Source: an uncultured bacterium (GTDB taxonomy: Bacteria > Pseudomonadota > Gammaproteobacteria > GCA-001735895). Taken from it: DNA of 49,127 bases. The position numbers and the translations under genes are program-made. Under the pieces are notes generated by a model. That model was not told the DNA's origin. It saw only the letters and a program-made list of their open reading frames with translations, and did no database searches. The stretch spans positions 1 to 49,127 of the forward strand of contig CBDUSZ010000001.1 in assembly GCA_965370015.1 (NCBI GenBank). Reading direction: 5' to 3'. Of this stretch, positions 43,089-49,127 are shown one piece after another. Positions within the stretch are counted from its first letter, which is position 1. Each line of letters opens with the position of its first letter.

Positions 43089-45752
43089 ATGGAATTATAT
43101 TTTCTTCTCTTGTTAGTCCTGATCATGGCAGGCGCTTTGATATCTGGATTTCCTGTAGCCTTCTCGTTACCAGGAGCCGCGATCATCTCGATTGGGGTAG
43201 CTGCCCTGTGTGGATACCTGTTCGAAGGCAATACGGATGCTTACTTTGTGCTCGGCGGTCCGAACCAGTGGCTTAGTGCCGGTGTTACCAATTTCCGCAG
43301 TTTATACTGGAACGTCGAGCGCGATACGCTAATAGCGATTCCGTTGTTCGTATTTATGGGCATTATGCTTCAGCGTTCGAAAATTGCCGAAGACCTGCTG
43401 GTAGCAATGGCCCAGCTATTCGGCCCAATCCCGGGCGGACTCGGTATTTCCGTGGTATTTGTCGGTGCCCTGCTCGCGGCCACCACCGGTATTGTCGGTG
43501 CTACTGTCATTGCCATGGGACTTATCTCACTGCCGGCAATGCTACGTAATAACTATTCCAAATCACTTGCCTGTGGAACTATTTGTGCGTCGGGTACGCT
43601 GGGACAAATTATCCCACCTTCAATTGTACTCATCATTCTTGCCGATCAACTTTCCAATGCTGCCGATCAGGCCGCCACCGCACGCAAAACCCTATACAGG
43701 GAAACGACTGGCAGTTTCTCCATGCCGGGAGAATTTGATGTCATTTCTGCCAGCGCTGGGGATATGTTTATGGGTGCTTTTATCCCTGGACTCATCCTGG
43801 TGGGGCTTTATATGGCTTATATATTAATCACGGCGTTGGTGAACCCCGAAAAAGCGCCACCGATACCATTTGCAGGCAGTTATGATCGAAAGTTTATCCT
43901 CAGCGTGTTAATGGCGTTAATACCGCCCTTAACATTAATTTTTATCGTCCTCGGCTCAATTATTCTTGGTGTTGCTACAGTCAATCAGGCGGGTGCTATC
44001 GGTGCTATCGGTGCCCTGGTGATGGGTAGTTACAGACTCATGGAGGGCAAACCGCGCGCCTATTATCCTGCCTTTATGACGGTGATTTCTATAATCGTTA
44101 TTATCATATTACTAAATACCTTTAATCTTAACATCAAGAATATTCAGAACAGCTTCGATGCTTTCGGCATATTCCTCGCCTGCCTGGCGGTGCTGACTTT
44201 ACTAATCGCCATTGGCTGGAGTATCTGGCGTGCTTACAATATCGAAAACACGCTTCAGGGCGTGATGATGGAAACCGCTAAAACCACATCGATGGTATTC
44301 ATCATATTGATAGGTGCGGCGATGTTGACATCGGCATTTCGTGGCTTTGGCGGTGAAGTGCTGGTGAAAGAATATCTGACAAGTTTACCGGGGGGGTTCT
44401 GGACTCAATTCATCGTCGTCATGGCGGTCATCTTTTTTCTCGGCTTTTTTCTTGATTTTATCGAAATCGCGGTTGTCGTAGTTCCAATCGTCGCGCCCAT
44501 TTTACTCGCCGATCCAGGTGCTAATATTACCGCCGTGTGGCTCGGCGTAATGATAGGACTCAATATTCAAACCTCGTTTTTAACACCACCTTTTGGGTTT
44601 GCCTTATTTTATTTGCGCGGTGTTGCTCCACCCAGTGTGAAAACCCTGCAAATATATAAAGGTGCTGCCGCGTTTATCCTACTGCAGTTGATCGGTCTTG
44701 CGATCGCTGGCGCCTTCCCCAGCCTGGTAAATTATTTACCCAACAAAACCCATCTGACTTCAGAAACCGCACCACCACCGAGCAACCCTAAGCTACAAGC
44801 GTGTCTCGAGACATTGGTATTTGCCGATTACGACACCAACAAGGAAAACATCCTCGCTGGTATTGAACGCATCAAGTCGGTCAACACGATTTATTTACCA
44901 GAGATCTATCAATCTGCATTAAACCAGAGCTACGCGAATGCAGGAAAATCTTTTGCTTTAGTAAGGCAGGTACGTGAGAATGCAAATCGCATCGAAGAAT
45001 ATACACCTGATTATCGACCCTTGCACGTCCAGGTGAGAACCCTTCAAAAACAGATTAAACGTCTAGATAATCGAATTCAAGCTCTCGATCAGAAACGCCT
45101 AAGACTCGAATTTAGCGAAGTCGATTCGGAATCTAAAGTTGCAACCATCCTGGATCAAATAGAATCGCTGGAAACAGCGCGTACCGATCTGGAGAAACAA
45201 ATTCCACATAATTGGCAAACTGCCCGCGATAAGTTTGAAACCCTCGCCGCAAGCGAAAGAAAGTCGCGGCAGAAATATCGGCGTAATGCTGATGAAAGTT
45301 ATGAATCGATTAAATCGATGCTGAAAATGATAAGCGAATACGATGCATTCAATTCCCTGCGATACCGGCTACCGCCGATGCAGGCAATCATAGAACAGGA
45401 ATCCCCGCAAAATGCAATGATCGCACTCAAAGCGCTCGGGGCGGAATTTGATTTATTGACGAATGCCAATCTGGTTAAATCGAAGCTATCGAAAGCACGT
45501 CGCGCGCTGCGCGGTAACAGTCCAGACGCGGAAAAAGCTGTTGAACAGCTCAAGATAGCTATCGAAAATCTTGATGCCGAAATCGAGTGGCGTGGTCGAG
45601 CAGTGGGTGAACTGAAACCACAACTCGAAGCTTATGATCTTGCAATCCGGCAAACTATCGGCATGCGGTTACAAGATCGCCTGACAACCGATCAAGCTAA
45701 GAATATCGCTGAATGCCTGGCTGTACACAAAGATATTTCACTATATTTCTAA
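43089..45752 (+). CDS. TRAP transporter large permease (DctM-like) with ~335-aa non-membrane C-terminal extension
   Basis: Residues 1-~550 are polytopic with DctM-like motifs (...GTLGQIIPPS..., ...LTPPFGFALFYL...). Residues ~552-887 are hydrophilic, charged and heptad-like. The ATG lies 3 nt after the DctQ-like stop. Confidence 0.82.
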   Translation: MELYFLLLLVLIMAGALISGFPVAFSLPGAAIISIGVAALCGYLFEGNTDAYFVLGGPNQWLSAGVTNFRSLYWNVERDTLIAIPLFVFMGIMLQRSKIAEDLLVAMAQLFGPIPGGLGISVVFVGALLAATTGIVGATVIAMGLISLPAMLRNNYSKSLACGTICASGTLGQIIPPSIVLIILADQLSNAADQAATARKTLYRETTGSFSMPGEFDVISASAGDMFMGAFIPGLILVGLYMAYILITALVNPEKAPPIPFAGSYDRKFILSVLMALIPPLTLIFIVLGSIILGVATVNQAGAIGAIGALVMGSYRLMEGKPRAYYPAFMTVISIIVIIILLNTFNLNIKNIQNSFDAFGIFLACLAVLTLLIAIGWSIWRAYNIENTLQGVMMETAKTTSMVFIILIGAAMLTSAFRGFGGEVLVKEYLTSLPGGFWTQFIVVMAVIFFLGFFLDFIEIAVVVVPIVAPILLADPGANITAVWLGVMIGLNIQTSFLTPPFGFALFYLRGVAPPSVKTLQIYKGAAAFILLQLIGLAIAGAFPSLVNYLPNKTHLTSETAPPPSNPKLQACLETLVFADYDTNKENILAGIERIKSVNTIYLPEIYQSALNQSYANAGKSFALVRQVRENANRIEEYTPDYRPLHVQVRTLQKQIKRLDNRIQALDQKRLRLEFSEVDSESKVATILDQIESLETARTDLEKQIPHNWQTARDKFETLAASERKSRQKYRRNADESYESIKSMLKMISEYDAFNSLRYRLPPMQAIIEQESPQNAMIALKALGAEFDLLTNANLVKSKLSKARRALRGNSPDAEKAVEQLKIAIENLDAEIEWRGRAVGELKPQLEAYDLAIRQTIGMRLQDRLTTDQAKNIAECLAVHKDISLYF

Positions 45753-45782
45753 CCGTGTGAATACCTCTCCCACCACGCACCG

Positions 45783-46670
45783 ATGCATCAACTAGATTTG
45801 TTATACCGAATAGTTGGGGTGATATTCCCGATATTTAGCATTGTCGTCGCTGGTTTTGTCTACAGCCGGTTTTTCAGGCCTGACATGTCGACAGGCAACC
45901 GCATCAACATGGACATTTTCACCCCAGCGCTGATCTTTGACATCATGTCGGCGAGTGATTTTTCCCTGGCCAGTTATGGAGGGCTAGCTGGTGCCGCACT
46001 ACTGGTAATGCTCGGTTCCGGCCTAATCGCCTGGCCATTAGCGCGATTGTTTGATTTTCAGTGGAAAACTTTTGTACCCCCGATGATGTTCACCAATTCC
46101 GGCAATATGGGGTTACCACTCATATTACTGGCATTTGGTGAAGCGGCGCTACCAGCCGCGATAGTTTTGTTCGCGCTGGAAAATTTTCTCCATTTCACTC
46201 TTGGACAACAGTTGATTAACCACCGCGCAGCGATTGTTTCGCTGTTAAAAAATCCGATGGTGATTGCCACTGTCTGCGGTATTAGTTTTGGTATATTTAA
46301 AATCGATTTTTCAGAATCCGTGCGGGTTCCTATCCATATGCTCGGACAAATTTCGATACCATTAATGCTTTTTTCATTGGGCGCGCGGCTCACCGAAATT
46401 GATTTTAAAGACTGGAAAATTGGCGCCGTAAGTGCCCTGGTATGCCCTCTCAGCGGTGTTTTGATAGCGATGCTGATTCTACCCCTGTTTTCCCTTCCGG
46501 CTGAGCAAGTCCCTATTTTATTACTGTTTAGTATCCTGCCACCCGCAGTTTTAAACTACATAGTAGCGGAGCAGTTTAATCAGCAACCCCAGCTAGTTGC
46601 CTCTATAGTTTTGATGGGAAATTTGGGTAGTCTGGTGACAATCCCAACAATTCTCTGGTTTATTCTATAA
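45783..46670 (+). CDS. AEC (auxin efflux carrier) family transporter
   Basis: 295 aa with about 10 TM helices in two halves and a ...NSGNMGLPL... motif typical of AEC/MdcF-like permeases. Starts 30 nt after the DctM-like gene. Confidence 0.82.
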   Translation: MHQLDLLYRIVGVIFPIFSIVVAGFVYSRFFRPDMSTGNRINMDIFTPALIFDIMSASDFSLASYGGLAGAALLVMLGSGLIAWPLARLFDFQWKTFVPPMMFTNSGNMGLPLILLAFGEAALPAAIVLFALENFLHFTLGQQLINHRAAIVSLLKNPMVIATVCGISFGIFKIDFSESVRVPIHMLGQISIPLMLFSLGARLTEIDFKDWKIGAVSALVCPLSGVLIAMLILPLFSLPAEQVPILLLFSILPPAVLNYIVAEQFNQQPQLVASIVLMGNLGSLVTIPTILWFIL

Positions 46671-46671
46671 A

Positions 46672-47175
46672 TCAGCGTGTAACACCAGCATCACCGCTTG
46701 CATCCGGCATACGGGCTAACCCATCAATTCTAAGACCAGGTTTTAGAACATGGTTTCCACCACTTAATTCGAGAATATATTTAGAAGATTTTGATACTCC
46801 GTAGACAGGACAGGGGTCTGAAGTACAAGGAAGTAGTTTTTTTACGCTGATTATTTCGTTTTTTTCATCGAGCCAGATAACCGTTAAGGGTATCAGGGTG
46901 TTTTTCATCCAGATGCGATGATCACCAGATCGGGGGAATATGAATAGCATTCCTTGCCGCTCGTCCAGGTGTTTTCGAAACATCAACCCGCGTCTGCGCT
47001 GGGTTACAGATTGCGCAATTTCGAGTAAATATTCTTCCCCATTTAAAATCAGTTGTGTTTTTTTAAAAATTACCTCGTTGGCAATGACTGGTTTGATTAG
47101 CACTGAAAACAGGATAATGACGGTCATCACAAAAGCATTATCAGGGACGAATTTTACAGGATTTGGAATGCGCAT
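46672..47175 (-). CDS. DUF192 (COG1430) family protein with N-terminal anchor/signal
   Basis: Shows the ...RRRGLMFRKHLDERQGMLFIF......WMKNTLIPLTVIWLD... pattern characteristic of DUF192. 167 aa. Confidence 0.78.
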   Translation of the reverse strand: MRIPNPVKFVPDNAFVMTVIILFSVLIKPVIANEVIFKKTQLILNGEEYLLEIAQSVTQRRRGLMFRKHLDERQGMLFIFPRSGDHRIWMKNTLIPLTVIWLDEKNEIISVKKLLPCTSDPCPVYGVSKSSKYILELSGGNHVLKPGLRIDGLARMPDASGDAGVTR

Positions 47176-47491
47176 TTATTTTGCTCCGATTATAGTTGCT
47201 CTGATACCAATTTTGACTCACGTTGATATCTGATTTCGAGGCCAACAGCAGATCCCATGCAAAGGAGGAATTAGTCAAAATAGTAGTATTTTGTGCATTA
47301 ATTCACATTTACCTAGAGCAACTCATTAAAGTTTATTCTAATATAAATCCTTCACAAACTTGATTTTATTGATAATTTCGCTATAACTAATAAGTCCAGT
47401 TCTGTGACGCAGTTCAATATTTAGGTAGATTTCTCTCGATAATATCAGGAATCGACCCGGAGTTGACCGTCCTAACTTTAATAGAGTCAAT

Positions 47492-48640
47492 GTGGGGTTA
47501 AAATTGATCTCGAATAAAGATAACACCAGTAATCTCAAGAACCGCTCGAACGTCGAGCCATACGAAAACGCTCGCCGACTTAGCGTGCTACGCCGCCAAC
47601 GAAAGGTTTTAATCGTTGATGACGAAAGCACAGGTCGGACTATTCTGTCCAAGATCATTCAACAGGTCGAAAATGACATTAAAGTAGAGGCGTTTGATAA
47701 TCCACTGGAAGCTTTAGACTGGTTAGACAATAACCATCCCGATTTGATTATCACTGATTACCGAATGCCTGACATGAACGGGATTGATTTAATTCGCAAA
47801 ATTCGTGAAAAACAGGGCAGTCAGGACATTCCTATCATGATGATTACGGTCGTCAGCGAAAAATCAGTTCGCTACGATGCACTCGAAGCGGGTGCCACCG
47901 CATTTTTAACCCGTCCTATCGATCAAATCGAATGCCGTACCAGCTGTCGTAATTTGTTGAAGTTGCACGAACAGCAAGCGATCATCCAGGATCGTGCCGA
48001 ATGGTTGGCGCGACAGGTTGAAGTCGCAACACAACAAATAGTATCGCGCGAAAAAGAAACCCTGCTACGACTGGCGAAAGCTGGTGAATACCGCGACGAG
48101 GTTACCGGCTATCACGTGGTTCGAATGGCAAAATACTCGCGCCAAATTGCCGAGGCACTCGGATTGAGCGAAAGAGAATGTGACGAAATAGAATATGCGG
48201 CACCAATGCACGACATCGGCAAAATTGGAATTTCTGATGAAGTACTGCTAAAACCGGGGAAATTTGAACAACAGGAGTGGCTTAAAATGCAACAGCATAC
48301 GACGATAGGCCATGCCATCTTGTCAAACAGCCAATCTCGTTATATTCAAACCGGTTCGATCATAGCGCTAAATCACCATGAAAGATTTGACGGTACAGGG
48401 TATCCCCATGGTATTGCTGGAAAAGATATCCCGCTGGTAGCACGCATTGTTTCGATAGCGGACGTTTATGACGCCCTGGTCTCGATACGACCCTATAAAA
48501 AGGCCTGGACTGTCAATGATGCCCAGGATTATCTAGAAAAACATGCTGGCATACAGTTCGATCCAGTCTGCGTCGAAGCCTTTTTTGAACGCATCGATAC
48601 CATCAACAGCATTCACGAAAATTTCAGCGACAACAAATAA
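47492..48640 (+). CDS. Response regulator with HD-GYP c-di-GMP phosphodiesterase domain (RpfG family)
   Basis: REC domain (LIVDDEST, ITDYRMPDMNG) followed by HD-GYP (HDIGKIGI..., HHERFDGTGYPHG). There is no ATG near the 5' end; GTG 47492 or TTG 47504 are the candidate starts. Confidence 0.87.
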   Translation: MGLKLISNKDNTSNLKNRSNVEPYENARRLSVLRRQRKVLIVDDESTGRTILSKIIQQVENDIKVEAFDNPLEALDWLDNNHPDLIITDYRMPDMNGIDLIRKIREKQGSQDIPIMMITVVSEKSVRYDALEAGATAFLTRPIDQIECRTSCRNLLKLHEQQAIIQDRAEWLARQVEVATQQIVSREKETLLRLAKAGEYRDEVTGYHVVRMAKYSRQIAEALGLSERECDEIEYAAPMHDIGKIGISDEVLLKPGKFEQQEWLKMQQHTTIGHAILSNSQSRYIQTGSIIALNHHERFDGTGYPHGIAGKDIPLVARIVSIADVYDALVSIRPYKKAWTVNDAQDYLEKHAGIQFDPVCVEAFFERIDTINSIHENFSDNK

Positions 48641-48659
48641 TCGTCGCTGATCCGTCAAA

Positions 48660-49127
48660 ATGGAATTAGAAAAAAAGAAAGCTAATTTGCTTACCAGGCT
48701 GAATCAACGGTTATCAAGAACCGGTGATTCTGAACCCGAGCAAGCTAAACTTCGCCTGGCTATCGGTGTATTGCTTGTTCTTTATTTTTGTTTCCCCTGG
48801 TCTGGGTACGAGACCTTTGCAATTTCTTTAACGTCATTCCCTAGCTTAATCACGCTTGCTTACTACACATTTGCCCTCCTTATTTTTCTGGCCATAGTTA
48901 GAAAGCCAATTGCTTCACCTGTAAGAAGGGTTTGTGGAGCTTCGCTTGACATGATATCGCTGTCAATTGTGATGTACCACTCCGGTGGCGACAGTGTACC
49001 GCTTTTTGTACTTTATTTATGGGTGATACTGGGAAATGGATTTCGATTTGGCACCCGGTATCTATATATCTCCCAGGGTATTGCTATCGCCGGGTTCGTT
49101 ATTGCAGCTTCATTCGGCAGTTATTGG
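48660..49127 (+). CDS. Polytopic membrane sensor protein, N-terminal fragment (3' end outside window)
   Basis: Not in the ORF track. My hand translation from ATG 48660 gives 156 codons with no stop (MELEKKKANLLTRLNQRL...PLFVLYLWVILGNGFRFGTRYLY...). It has several TM helices. I associate this motif with input modules of hybrid kinases or GGDEF proteins, but this is unverified. Confidence 0.5.
   Translation, partial: MELEKKKANLLTRLNQRLSRTGDSEPEQAKLRLAIGVLLVLYFCFPWSGYETFAISLTSFPSLITLAYYTFALLIFLAIVRKPIASPVRRVCGASLDMISLSIVMYHSGGDSVPLFVLYLWVILGNGFRFGTRYLYISQGIAIAGFVIAASFGSYW

Noticed and set aside
43992-44015. Tandem 9-nt repeat GGTGCTATC x2 (+GGTGCC) inside the DctM-like gene (AGAIGAIGAL)
   Set aside because: It is in frame, has only about 2.6 copies and encodes a Gly/Ala-rich TM segment. 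It is too short to suggest phase variation.
47338-47658. 106-aa minus-strand ORF covering the spacer and the 5' end of the HD-GYP gene
   Set aside because: Its first half is antisense to the HD-GYP coding start, its composition is Arg/Leu/Ser-heavy, and it has no SD. I could not support it as a gene, although expression data could revisit this.

Overview
About 49 kb of a gammaproteobacterial chromosome, mostly housekeeping genes. All calls come from reading the supplied translations and the DNA by eye; no homology search was run. Three conserved blocks match Pseudomonas-like gene order as I remember it. The first (minus strand) is ispD-ftsB-eno-kdsA-pyrG. The second (minus strand) is cmoB-cmoA, tilS-accA, pyrF-lapB, ihfB-rpsA-cmk-aroA-tyrA-hisC-pheA-gyrA. 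The third (plus strand) is mtaD-ubiG-HAD phosphatase-SDR. dnaE-rnhB and lpxB are also present. I saw no rRNA, tRNA, CRISPR array, transposase, integrase or obvious IS/prophage remnant. Interest sits in four small accessory pockets.

(1) 26.9-31.3 kb holds DUF423, a Sel1-repeat protein, and a monocistronic cytochrome cd1 nitrite reductase (nirS). This nirS carries an extra N-terminal c-type haem domain. It has a perfect FNR/ANR/DNR-type box and a structured leader, and no haem d1 or nor genes lie nearby.

(2) 35.5-38.7 kb holds a Gfo/Idh/MocA oxidoreductase and a DegT aminotransferase coupled to lpxB. This looks like gnnA-gnnB, which would imply a diamino-sugar lipid A.

(3) 38.9-40.7 kb holds a persulfide dioxygenase-rhodanese fusion and a membrane-anchored NERD-like protein.

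(4) 40.9-46.7 kb is my best candidate for something undescribed. It is a TRAP transporter with an ordinary Tat-signal binding protein but two very oversized membrane subunits. The DctQ-like subunit is 345 aa with about four extra N-terminal TM helices. The DctM-like subunit is 887 aa with a roughly 335-aa helical, coiled-coil-looking C-terminal tail that I cannot assign to any domain.

Three c-di-GMP or signalling genes are also present: a degenerate-REC/REC/GGDEF protein, a REC/HD-GYP protein, and a truncated membrane sensor at the 3' edge of the window.
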